The position numbers and the translations under genes are program-made. Below, piece after piece: positions 1 to 9,580 of a stretch of 64,000 nt of DNA. How positions within the stretch are numbered: position 1 is the first letter of the stretch; each line of letters opens with the position of its first letter. The notes below the pieces were generated by a model. That model did not search any database and had not been told where the DNA came from. It was given only the letters and a program-made list of their open reading frames with translations. Source of the stretch: Porphyridium purpureum (taxonomy: Eukaryota); contig VRMN01000002.1 in assembly GCA_008690995.1 (NCBI GenBank), positions 248,001-312,000 on the forward strand, read 5' to 3'.

Positions 1-453
1 CGGCGCGGAGATTGACGGCGCGAGCTGGGGCAGCTGGGTTTCGTGCAGCGCGAATTAAGTGGGTGGAGCTGCCGCTTGCTAGAAGCGCCTTGTTCTACGT
101 GCATCTGTGCCTTTGTGCCTCTGTGCCTCTGTGTGTGTGTGTCTCTCTCTCTCTCTCTCCCGGGCAGCAGCAGGCGCGGGAGGAACAGCGCATGTGGCGT
201 TTTGGGTCGATTGTCTGGTGCGCCTGCAGAGACGTTTCAGGACGGTGGTGTTGAACAGGCGCACAGAAGCTTGCGATTGATGCTTGCTGCTCCATTCACT
301 TCAGGCTACGAGGTGAGGGTATATAGACAGAGTCTCGAGTCTGATTAACCTTGAAGCGGCAGGTGAGGGTGCCAAGGTCAAGGAGCATAGTTGGTACACA
401 GGCAGAGACCAAAAGGGACAGGGCTTCGGTTTGACAAGAAGGAACAAGGAAAA

Positions 454-1440
454 ATGGTTCTCGGGTTTGTGTCTGGATTCGCGCTGGGCGGCGCCGCGGC
501 GGTCAAGCCGACCGTGGCCAAGTCCATGCAGGCCGTGGCAGTGCCGCGCCGCGCGTTCGGCGTGTCGCGTGTGCGCATGAACGCCGCGGTGGCAACCAAC
601 GGCACTGCGACCGCAATTCCAGCGGCCCCGGCAGCGCCAGCGGGCCCCAAGCTGTACAACCTCAGCGCGCCAGAGCTTTTCAAGGCTGCGGTGGCAGCTG
701 GTACCAAGAAGGGCAAGGCCCCGACCTGGAAGCTGCTCGTCCTGTCCATGTGGGCCGGATTCCTCATCGCCATGGCTGCCATGATGTCTCTTCAGGTGGG
801 CAAGTCAATCCCCGGAATCACCGCCTCGGACCCAGGACTTGCCAAGATCATCTTCTCCGTCTTTGGTCTGCCCATGGGTCTCACCATGGTGAGCTGCACT
901 GGCGCTGAGCTCTTCACGGGCAACACGGCGACCTGCTCGGCTGCGCTGTACAAGGGCAAGATTACGATGGGCGACATGCTCCGCAACTGGGTGACGACCT
1001 ACTCGGGTAACTTCCTGGGCTGCATGGCTTTCCTCGGCGCTATGATTCTGTCCGGCATGATGGGCACACCGGCGACGGCTCTTGCCTCGCAGTCTGCCCT
1101 GAAGATGATTGTGGAGAAGACCAGCATGACTTTTGGCCAAGCCGTGGTGCGTGGTATCATGTGCAACTGGCTTGTGTGCATGGCCGTGTGGCTCCAAATG
1201 GGCTGCCACGACTTTGTCAACAAGATGTGCGCGATCATCCTGGCCAACATCACTTTCATTCTGATCGGCTTTGAGCATTCTGTCGCCAACATGTTCTACC
1301 TGCCGTTCGCGCTGATGAGCGGCTCGGACCTGACCTGGACTGACTTCTTCATGAAGAACCTCATCCCAGTCACCATTGGAAACATCATTGGAGGAACATG
1401 CCTGGTGAGCGGTCTGTACTACGTGTGCCACGATGAATAA
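454..1440 (+). CDS. Formate/nitrite transporter (FNT family, NAR1/LCIA-like), plastid-targeted
   Basis: FNT motifs GAELFTGN, GIMCNWLVCMAVW, GFEHSVANM; about 6 hydrophobic helices; N-terminal MVLGFVSG...VRM transit-peptide-like leader; first ATG at 454. Confidence 0.93.
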   Translation: MVLGFVSGFALGGAAAVKPTVAKSMQAVAVPRRAFGVSRVRMNAAVATNGTATAIPAAPAAPAGPKLYNLSAPELFKAAVAAGTKKGKAPTWKLLVLSMWAGFLIAMAAMMSLQVGKSIPGITASDPGLAKIIFSVFGLPMGLTMVSCTGAELFTGNTATCSAALYKGKITMGDMLRNWVTTYSGNFLGCMAFLGAMILSGMMGTPATALASQSALKMIVEKTSMTFGQAVVRGIMCNWLVCMAVWLQMGCHDFVNKMCAIILANITFILIGFEHSVANMFYLPFALMSGSDLTWTDFFMKNLIPVTIGNIIGGTCLVSGLYYVCHDE

Positions 1441-2027
1441 GCTTGAGCATGGCGGCATTCGCTGCTGCCGCCGACTCGTGTTTGGGATAATAGAAGTCCA
1501 GCGTTTATAAATACTCTGAACCAGTCACCTTATCTACCTCTCAGACCCGTATCTTATGGCTCCTCTCCGCAATGTGCACTTGATGACACGCTCAGAATGT
1601 GCAGCCTCATCTAGTGTGAGGAATTCCTTGGTCATTGCCTCTGCATGCACAGCAAGTCCACGTACAGCACGATCCATTGTGACAGCTCGTGGACGCTGAC
1701 GTACGCGTTCGCAATCCGCTTCGCACGATTTCGTGATAGCTGGTTTCCAGTAGACCACCAAGCTCGCACCTGCTTTGACCTATAACACCAGACCAAGCCT
1801 TCGCTTGGGCAACCGCGAGGCGTCGCTGATTGGCATTGAGCAAGCCGGTTCATTGTTCTCATGCGCACAACGAGACATTGCTCGGATCAATTTGGTGCCC
1901 ACGAATACTCGGCGCTCCCGCGACACAGGGCAAGCGTAATGCGCTCGTCGCACAGTCGTCTTCACTTCAAAACGAGGAAAAAAAACAGACACAAAGCGCG
2001 TGGGGCAAGGTCGAGCGCCGCCATTGT

Positions 2028-3815
2028 ATGGCGCCGGTGCCTGTGCGTGCATTTTTCGCTGGCCGGCTGCTTGGCTGTGTGTATCCATTCCTTCCGTTCC
2101 AGTCGCGGTGTGCGCACGCATCGGTGCGGACTGCGGCGCAGAGGATGGGCTCCCTGATCAAGTCGGAGCGGGTGCTGAGAGCTATGACTCACGACGAGCT
2201 CGTGAAGCATGCGCTCGGCGTGCAAATGGAATTGAAAAGGCAGCTACAACGCCCGAAGCTTCACAGCAATGTGTCACTGCACGAACTCATAGAGGAGCAG
2301 CACAGCACCAAGGCGGGTGACAGGGCTGCGCGTGCCGCACGAAACATGCCGCTGTCCCGCTTCATCGTGTTGCGCGTCGTGTACATCGGCTGGGAGCACG
2401 CGGGCTTTGCGCGCAACCAGCATGAGCAACGAGCGCGGAACGATAAAAGCGTAGAATACTTCCTGCTGCGCGCGTTGATCCGGAGCGGGCTGATCGACAG
2501 CCACCTCACCTGTGACTGGACGCGAGCCGGCCGAACGGACGCAGGCGTCAGCGCAGCCGGGCAGATCGTCGCGTGTCGCGTTCGGTGTCCACCGTCTGGC
2601 TCAGCCGATTATGTCTCGATGATCAACGCTCAGCTTCCGGATAGCGTGCGCGTGCTGTATTGGAGCCCCGTGGTTGGTGATGAGCCCGTGCCGTTCGAGC
2701 AGGCCATGCAGCAGGTGTTGCGCATTCAAGAGCTGAAGCTACAGCGCAGGAAACAGCAGAACCAGGACGAGGACGCCAATGACCAGGACGAGGACGCCAA
2801 TGACCTGGACGATGACGACAACGAGCTTGATTTGAGTCTTGATGGCAAAACGGACTCAGAAACGAAGGAGGGATCCACTGTCGCACGGTACTCGTTGCTT
2901 CCGTTTGACGCGCGCTTTCACGCCGAGTGGCGCAGCTACAAATACTTTTTTGCCCGTGAAAAGCTGGACGTGGACGCGATGCGTGAAGCTGCGGCGCACT
3001 TTGTTGGCAGGCACGACTTTCGCAATTTCTGCAAAATGGACGTTGCGAATGTCAAGACATTTGAACGCGTGATTTACGATTTTGAGGTGCGACCCGTGGC
3101 ACAAGGAGACCGTCGAGGTCCTGACCATGAACGCCCCGGCAGCGCTCTGAACGAAGGCACCGCAGGCTTGGCGTGCATGGTGGGAAAGGACGAGCTGTGG
3201 GAATTTTACATTCGCGGCCAGGCCTTTCTTCGCAACCAGGTGCGATGCATGGCTGCCGTGTTGTTCATGGTCGGTGCCGGTAAGGAGGAACCAAGCATTG
3301 TTGCGCGCATGCTCGATGTGCACTCGCCGAACTCAGTGTTCAAAGACGGCAAACCGGAGTACCGGATGGCGGGCGCCATCCCGCTGGTGCTGAATGAATG
3401 CGGGTACCCGGAAAGCCGCGTGTCTGCATCAGCGCGTGAGTGCTCGGCAAAGTCGCATCGACATTTGGTGTGGCATTTTGCGCAGCAGGAGGCAGATTTA
3501 GCGGCGCGACTTGCCGTGCTGGTCGAGCTGACATCGACTCTTTCACAAACCCGGCCGGAATCCGTCCCGCAGGACGAAGCACCAGGCGGCGTGCAGCAGG
3601 AACCGCTCAAGCTCCTCGATCAAAACAACACCAAGGTGCACATTGCTCTCGAGAAACGGCCGCGGCTCGCCACATACGAGGCGCAGCTGGAGCTGCATGC
3701 CATGAAAAGGGCGCGCCGGGACGCACGCCGAGAGCGCGAGCAGATGCTGCAACTCGCCGATGCGCAGCCTGGTTCCGACCGCGCACTGAGTGAATCCGAA
3801 CCGACAAACCATTAA
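2028..3815 (+). CDS. tRNA pseudouridine(38/39) synthase, TruA/Pus3 family
   Basis: Catalytic RAGRTDAGVSAAGQ, FDARF, GRHDFRNFCK, FLRNQVRCM; start is 2028 (with presequence) or 2145. Confidence 0.9.
   Translation: MAPVPVRAFFAGRLLGCVYPFLPFQSRCAHASVRTAAQRMGSLIKSERVLRAMTHDELVKHALGVQMELKRQLQRPKLHSNVSLHELIEEQHSTKAGDRAARAARNMPLSRFIVLRVVYIGWEHAGFARNQHEQRARNDKSVEYFLLRALIRSGLIDSHLTCDWTRAGRTDAGVSAAGQIVACRVRCPPSGSADYVSMINAQLPDSVRVLYWSPVVGDEPVPFEQAMQQVLRIQELKLQRRKQQNQDEDANDQDEDANDLDDDDNELDLSLDGKTDSETKEGSTVARYSLLPFDARFHAEWRSYKYFFAREKLDVDAMREAAAHFVGRHDFRNFCKMDVANVKTFERVIYDFEVRPVAQGDRRGPDHERPGSALNEGTAGLACMVGKDELWEFYIRGQAFLRNQVRCMAAVLFMVGAGKEEPSIVARMLDVHSPNSVFKDGKPEYRMAGAIPLVLNECGYPESRVSASARECSAKSHRHLVWHFAQQEADLAARLAVLVELTSTLSQTRPESVPQDEAPGGVQQEPLKLLDQNNTKVHIALEKRPRLATYEAQLELHAMKRARRDARREREQMLQLADAQPGSDRALSESEPTNH
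2761..2802 (+). repeat. 21-bp tandem duplication inside an acidic insert of the Pus3-like gene
   Basis: accaggacgaggacgccaatg x2 (QDEDAND). Confidence 0.85.
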
Positions 3816-3919
3816 ACCGTTTTTTCGGTTTTGTGGCGGGCGCGAGCGTGTCGAGCTGGCACGCGTGAGTGTGTGAAGGAAAAGGCGAGCGCGGAGAGAC
3901 GGATCCCGCGGCTGGCAGA

Positions 3920-5338
3920 ATGGGCGAAGCCGTGGTTTGGCGACGGGTCCTAGGAGCCGCCCGCACAGGCTCCGGTCTGCTGTGTAAAACGCTGCGCCGA
4001 CTCAGCAGTGGCAGCGGAAGTGTGAGTGGTCAGAAAGGCGGCGTGGCTGGCAGCGGCGGCGGCAGTGGTGGCGGTGGTGCTAGTAACAGCAGCAGTAGCA
4101 GCAGCAGTAGCATTAGCAATAGTACGAGCTCCAAAATCACGGCAGCGATCCAGCAGGCGACTGTCCGTGCAAAGGCGCCACTGCATCGCAAAAAGCTGGT
4201 CAAGTCGCTAAGCTCGCCCGGAACGATTGTGCCGGATGACCGTCTGTGCGCGGCGTACTGCCTGCCTGCCGGGCTCGATTTGGACCGCCTACAGCAGAAG
4301 GATCCAGATCAGACATTTGCCGGTTTGCTACGCGTGCAGTCCTGGACACCGGACGTGGTTCACTTTCGCGAAGTGCCAGTGACCGTCCAAGCGCAGAGCA
4401 ATGCGTCGCCAACGGAAGCTGCAGCCATTGCCGGCGCTCCGCGCAGAATAGCCGGACACGTGTTCGCGTTCAGTTCGGGTTCCGTGGTGTTCTGGACCGT
4501 GCCCCTGGAGCAGCGGCAGATCATCATGAGCAGACTGAATGCGTTTACTTTGGAGCGAACCGTGGACTCGGCGCTTGCCATGAGCGAGTTTGATCACGAG
4601 TTTGAGATCCAAATGATAGGACATGATCAGGAGGCACTTGGCGTCGAGCATTCCCAGCCATCTTCGTCATCTTCGTCGCCTTCTGCGGCAGCAGTACCGC
4701 CGTCGCCGCCGGTGCCACAAGCGTCACCTCCGCCGCCCAAAACAAGCGAGAGCGATGGGTCGCGTGCGCGGTCGAGCGACAACATTAACCATCCAAAAGG
4801 CAAGGCGCCGCCGCCGCCGCCGCGGATGCGGAGCAACGAGTTTCGCAAAGACGTGTTTTACATCTCTGACTATGAAAACGTCGGCGAGTTGCTCGCCTTC
4901 TCGTACGGTCTTGCGCACTCGGTGAAGCTGCTCGTGTACGAGGAGGCGATCGATTTGCTCGCGGAGCGCACGCACTCTCTGCCTGTACAAATGTCTCTCA
5001 AGGGACACATTGACATGAGCTCATCGGAAATTAAGAAGCTGATCGGGCAGCTGCTGGCTGCGCGCTACGCGGTCAACCTTGTGTCGGACATCCTCGACAC
5101 ACCCGAATTCTTTTGGGACCATCCAGAGCTCGGCAGCATGTTTTTCCAGACTGTAGGTGAACTGGAGCTCAGCAAGCGCGCGAGCCTGCTCGACAAACGT
5201 ATGGAGAATATCAAGGATATGTTCGATCTGCTAAACAATGAGGTGGCGTCGTCCGGCTCATTCCGAGTCGAGCGCGCAATTCTTTTCCTCATTGCGGTCG
5301 AAGTAGCGATCACCTTGTTTACAACGCTGCAGCACTGA
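3920..5338 (+). CDS. RMD1/RMND1 (DUF155) family protein, probably mitochondrial
   Basis: VFAFSSGSVVFW, AFSYGLAHSVKL, NLVSDILDTPEFFW, C-terminal RVERAILFLIAVEV helix; Arg/Ser-rich N-terminus. Confidence 0.85.
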   Translation: MGEAVVWRRVLGAARTGSGLLCKTLRRLSSGSGSVSGQKGGVAGSGGGSGGGGASNSSSSSSSSISNSTSSKITAAIQQATVRAKAPLHRKKLVKSLSSPGTIVPDDRLCAAYCLPAGLDLDRLQQKDPDQTFAGLLRVQSWTPDVVHFREVPVTVQAQSNASPTEAAAIAGAPRRIAGHVFAFSSGSVVFWTVPLEQRQIIMSRLNAFTLERTVDSALAMSEFDHEFEIQMIGHDQEALGVEHSQPSSSSSSPSAAAVPPSPPVPQASPPPPKTSESDGSRARSSDNINHPKGKAPPPPPRMRSNEFRKDVFYISDYENVGELLAFSYGLAHSVKLLVYEEAIDLLAERTHSLPVQMSLKGHIDMSSSEIKKLIGQLLAARYAVNLVSDILDTPEFFWDHPELGSMFFQTVGELELSKRASLLDKRMENIKDMFDLLNNEVASSGSFRVERAILFLIAVEVAITLFTTLQH

Positions 5339-5413
5339 TGAACAGGACCTGAATTCGATGTAAGACACCATATCTATTTATAATACACACACGGACTGGC
5401 CATGACTACACGT

Positions 5414-6913
5414 TTACCGGCGCCGCTTCGGTTTACCGCCTGGGGCGTGATTTTTGTGCTTGCTACCGCGCACGAGTTCCGTGTTGTATTTCTGCACCTC
5501 GGCATCCTCGTCGGGCTCATCCTCACGGTCGAGCTCGGTGTCGACCCCGTCACTGTGGCCGCGCTTATTGCCTCGCTTGCCCTTGCTGCCAACAAATTCG
5601 TCTTTCATCTGAAGCGCGGCGAGTCGTGCCGCCTGGTTGGTGCGCTCCAGAAGCAGCAGAACCACCGCCTCCTCGCAAGGAAACGCGTCGAGCTTTTTTC
5701 CAATCACGGCCTCCACTCGCTGGAAGTTTTCCACGTCGTACTGCGAAACCATGTTGATAGCGCGACCTGCGCGGCCCGCGCGGGCGGTGCGACCGACGCG
5801 GTGGATGTAATCCTTGGCGTTCGCCGGAATATCAAAGTTGACGACAAAGTCAACGGACGGGATATCAAGCCCGCGCGCGGCCACATCGGTCGCAAGCAGG
5901 ATCTGCGCGTCGCCCGCCTTGAACTTGTTGAGCGCGGAAATGCGTTTCGGCTGCTGCATGCCGCCATGGATGCACACCGCCTTGAATCCCAAATTGCGCA
6001 GCACATAGGTCAGGCGCTGCGCGCTGTTTTGCGTGTCCACGAACACGATTGCCGAGTTTCCGGCAAACTCGTTTGCCAAGTACACAAGATAGACTTCCTT
6101 GTACTTGCTGGGGATGAACAGATAGTGCTGCACTAGCTTATCGACTGTCGCGAATTTTTGCGACACCTGCACCTTGACTGGGTTCACGAGCGAAGCTCGC
6201 TGAAGCTTGGCCACCTTGTTGGTCATAGTGGCAGAGAAGAGCAATGTCTGGCGCTGCCCCTTTTCACCGCGCGGCAATTCTGCGAGAATCTTGTCAAGCT
6301 CCTTTTCAAAGTCCATATTCAGCAGCCTGTCCGCCTCATCCAGGACCAGAAACTTGACGCTTCTGAGCGAGAAGCCCCGCGTGTTCTCGAGATGGTCCAC
6401 GAGCCGCCCCGGCGTGGCGACCACGACGTGCGGCTTCTTGGCCAGCGCAATGCTCTGCGACACCATGTCAATCCCGCCGCAAATTGACACTGCGCGCGCG
6501 TCCACGCCCGCGCCGAGCGCCTGGAACTGTGCCTGAATCTGAAGCACGAGCTCACGCGTCGGCGCAATGACCACGGCAAACGGGCACGCCACCTTACCGC
6601 GCTGCCGCGCCGACGCCTCGAGCAAGGCTTGCAGCACGGGAAGCGCAAACGCCGCGGTCTTCCCGGACCCCGTCTCGGCGAGACCAATAACATCAGACCC
6701 GGCGAGCGCGGGCGGGAGCGCCTCACGCTGGATACTGGTGGGCGCGGTGTACCCCATACTGCTCACGGCATCACACAGCTCGGGACACAGCCCGAGCTCT
6801 GCAAAGCCCGGCGCTTCCGCGCTTCCGCGCACAACCGTCTCCTCTTCATGCTCACTGTCTGCGCCGGCTTCCACACCTCTGACACGCCCACCTTGCTCCC
6901 TTCCAGGACTCAT
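5414..6913 (-). CDS. RRP3: DEAD-box RNA helicase, RRP3/DDX47-like
   Basis: AETGSGKT, PTREL, DEADRLLNMDFE, SAT, HRVGRTARAG; DMVSQSIALAKKPH and ENTRGFSL are typical of DDX47. Confidence 0.9.
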   Translation of the reverse strand: MSPGREQGGRVRGVEAGADSEHEEETVVRGSAEAPGFAELGLCPELCDAVSSMGYTAPTSIQREALPPALAGSDVIGLAETGSGKTAAFALPVLQALLEASARQRGKVACPFAVVIAPTRELVLQIQAQFQALGAGVDARAVSICGGIDMVSQSIALAKKPHVVVATPGRLVDHLENTRGFSLRSVKFLVLDEADRLLNMDFEKELDKILAELPRGEKGQRQTLLFSATMTNKVAKLQRASLVNPVKVQVSQKFATVDKLVQHYLFIPSKYKEVYLVYLANEFAGNSAIVFVDTQNSAQRLTYVLRNLGFKAVCIHGGMQQPKRISALNKFKAGDAQILLATDVAARGLDIPSVDFVVNFDIPANAKDYIHRVGRTARAGRAGRAINMVSQYDVENFQRVEAVIGKKLDAFPCEEAVVLLLLERTNQAARLAALQMKDEFVGSKGKRGNKRGHSDGVDTELDREDEPDEDAEVQKYNTELVRGSKHKNHAPGGKPKRRR

Positions 6914-7993
6914 CGCGTCATCTATCGTCCTTCTCCCCCTCCTTCTCTCTCTCACCACCGCAAGCCGTCCTTCTCTCGCCCGTGTCGCCCGCGACAAAGG
7001 TACACTTCAGCTTTAAAGAAGTACAGCGAAGACATTAAAATAACCATCCCAACATGAAACGCACGACGTTAAAATAATACAGTGAGTACAGTGAGTACAG
7101 TCAATTTGGGGTGTGCGTTTGGAAACCTCGCTCCGCTGGTGGTCAACCTCCATTGCAACAACCCGGTTAATCAAGTTCGAAACAAATAACTTTTCCAGCT
7201 CGCACTCCCGACCGACAGGCGCCGCGGTCGTGCTCTGCGCCGAGCTTTGCGCGCAGCATTTGAACCCAAACGAGCACTTTCTCCGCCCCTATCGCAGGCC
7301 GACAACCGCAGCCCACAGTTTCCCTTCTCGAGTCACACCTCTTATCAGTTACCGGCTTACCGGCTACAAGTTAACCGTTAACCGACCCACCACTCCCCAC
7401 GCATTTTTATAGTGTGTAGGGTGTACAGTTATGCTGGGAAGGTGTTCTGTTGTGTGTGATCGCTCAACTCCGGAGTTGAACGCAACGTGATCGAGACACA
7501 CACGCACGAAGCGCGGACGCAACCTCGCTCTCCTGTATTTACGGAGGATTGTGCCAAAGTTTTGGTTGTGTGAGTTCGGTCACATCGTTCCGCCCACTGC
7601 AAGGCATATAGGCAGACGAAGGTTGGTTGGACTTCAAACGCACAGTGCTGGCGCGCACTGATTCCAAGGAGAGACGCGCGCGGGTGAGGAATCTCCGAGA
7701 TCTGCCAAACGCACAGGCAAGACGAGCAAGGGGAATCGGCATACTTGGCGCTAAATTCACGCGGCGTCTGTGCGACCAGAAGCGTTGGCGCGTGTGCCAT
7801 TTCGACTGCACGTGGGTTCGAGCGTGGTGTGGAGGCCTGCTTGTGTGATTACACCTGCAAGTGAGCAGCGGGAAGCGAGGAATATCTCCTCATTCCCTAC
7901 CCAGCAATACACCCCTCAATTGGGGCCGAGCCAGCGACCGTACGGCGCATACTTAAGCAGGCCTCTGCCCGCGTCTTGGCGACGTCCAGCGAC

Positions 7994-9265
7994 ATGGCGA
8001 CCATCGCATTCATTGGACCTTCGGCTGCGGGCTTTACAAACCCTGCGTCGCGATCTTCCAGACTCTCGCGGCTCGCTGTAATTGTGAGCACGCCGTACGC
8101 TTCGTGCTACCAGAAAAGTTCCGGGCTTACCATGACGGCCGTTGACCAGCCGGGACCATCTGTCGGTCTCCGCGCCAGACGTGTGCAGAATGACATTGCT
8201 GTTTTGCAACGCAGGAAGTGGCACCGCAAACAGAGCGAGCTCACCGCGCTCAAGGCAGCGCCGGTGCAAAGCACTGCAGAGCGTTTTCCCGTCACCGACA
8301 CCGTGACTGAGGCTTTTATTGTGGACGGGCCTATTTTTCGCACGTGCAATCCCAGCAAAAGGGACATTGACATGGAAGAATGGCGCGAGCTCGGGCGCAC
8401 ACTGGAAAAGCTGCTCGGTCCAGATCAGGCCAATGCTGAGCGTATCTTCCGCTACTACCTACCCATTTTCTTCTGGCTGGAGCAGATGAAGGTGGAGCAG
8501 AGCCCTGACGCACCGTACGTGGTGGGGCTGTCGTGCCCCCAGGGCGGAGGCAAAACGACCATAACAGAGTTTATGCAGGAGCTCTTCAAACTTCGCGGAC
8601 AGGTGTGCGTGGTGGCTTCGATCGACGACTTTTACAAAACGCGCAGCGAGCAGCAGAAAGTGGCTAGTACGTACACCGGTAACCGCTTGCTCGAGCTCCG
8701 AGGGAACCCGGGAACGCATGACATCCCCCTTGCGCTCGAGTTTCTCGACAGCGTCAAAGCAGGCAAGGCCAATTTGACGGTGCCGCGATACGACAAGTCG
8801 GCCTTTGGTGGGCTGGGTGATCGCGCCCCAGAGGACCAATGGGTGAAACTCTCGGAGGAACCGGCCGATATCGTGTTGTTGGAGGGCTGGTGCTTAGGCT
8901 TCTCAAAGCTGAGCGACGAGCAAATGCGCGAGCAGCCTCAAGAGCTGCAAGCTGTGAACAAGTACATGGACGAGTTTTCCCAATTGTATGGCAAGCTGGA
9001 CCTGCTGATGATCGTCAAAATTGCCGACACGCAGTGGGTTTTTGACTGGCGCGCGCAGGCTGAGACCATGATGAAATCGTTGGGCAAGACGGGCATGAGC
9101 GATGAGCAGGTGCGAGACTTTGTGTCTCGCTTTATGCCGTCATACAAGGCGTACTTGCCCGGCCTATATGCCTCGCCACCGGCTGAGAATGTGCTTCTTT
9201 TTGAGATTGACCAGCAGCGCGTGCCGGTTGGTGCAGAGTTAATGACGGCGCGGTCTCGAATGTGA
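7994..9265 (+). CDS. GLYK: D-glycerate 3-kinase (plant-type GLYK), plastid-targeted
   Basis: GLSCPQGGGKTT P-loop, SIDDFY, RGNPGTHD, PRYDKSAFGGLGDR, LLEGWCLGF. Confidence 0.88.
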   Translation: MATIAFIGPSAAGFTNPASRSSRLSRLAVIVSTPYASCYQKSSGLTMTAVDQPGPSVGLRARRVQNDIAVLQRRKWHRKQSELTALKAAPVQSTAERFPVTDTVTEAFIVDGPIFRTCNPSKRDIDMEEWRELGRTLEKLLGPDQANAERIFRYYLPIFFWLEQMKVEQSPDAPYVVGLSCPQGGGKTTITEFMQELFKLRGQVCVVASIDDFYKTRSEQQKVASTYTGNRLLELRGNPGTHDIPLALEFLDSVKAGKANLTVPRYDKSAFGGLGDRAPEDQWVKLSEEPADIVLLEGWCLGFSKLSDEQMREQPQELQAVNKYMDEFSQLYGKLDLLMIVKIADTQWVFDWRAQAETMMKSLGKTGMSDEQVRDFVSRFMPSYKAYLPGLYASPPAENVLLFEIDQQRVPVGAELMTARSRM

Positions 9266-9580
9266 CTGTGAATGCGAAGGCGTGAATGGCCGATTGCAGC
9301 AGCCGCTGCTTGAATCGGAAAGATTATGCTATTGTATGAACACGTATGTGAAAGACTGGAATAGCGTGGAAACATAAAGGTGCGCGTGCACGAGCGTTTG
9401 CGAAACGATTATTCAAGTCTTTTATCATGTATCAAAATTTTTTCTTTTTTCCTTTTCCTTCCGATTGGTTCAACATTCATGTCAATCACGAAGGGTCGCA
9501 CGGTTTTGGCCCTGCTGTCTCGAAACAGACACGCTCCAAGCAGATGATTTGCGCCCTGGTCATTCAAAAAGCACATAAGA

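Noticed and set aside
1534..1900. Small minus-strand ORFs between FNT and Pus3-like genes
   Set aside because: Short, no recognisable motif, and no convincing splice pattern
5402..6136. Antisense ORFs over the DEAD-box helicase and similar ones over other genes (e.g. 10001-11137, 36894-38039, 60063-61202, 62419-63720)
   Set aside because: Opposite-strand shadows of well-supported genes in GC-rich DNA
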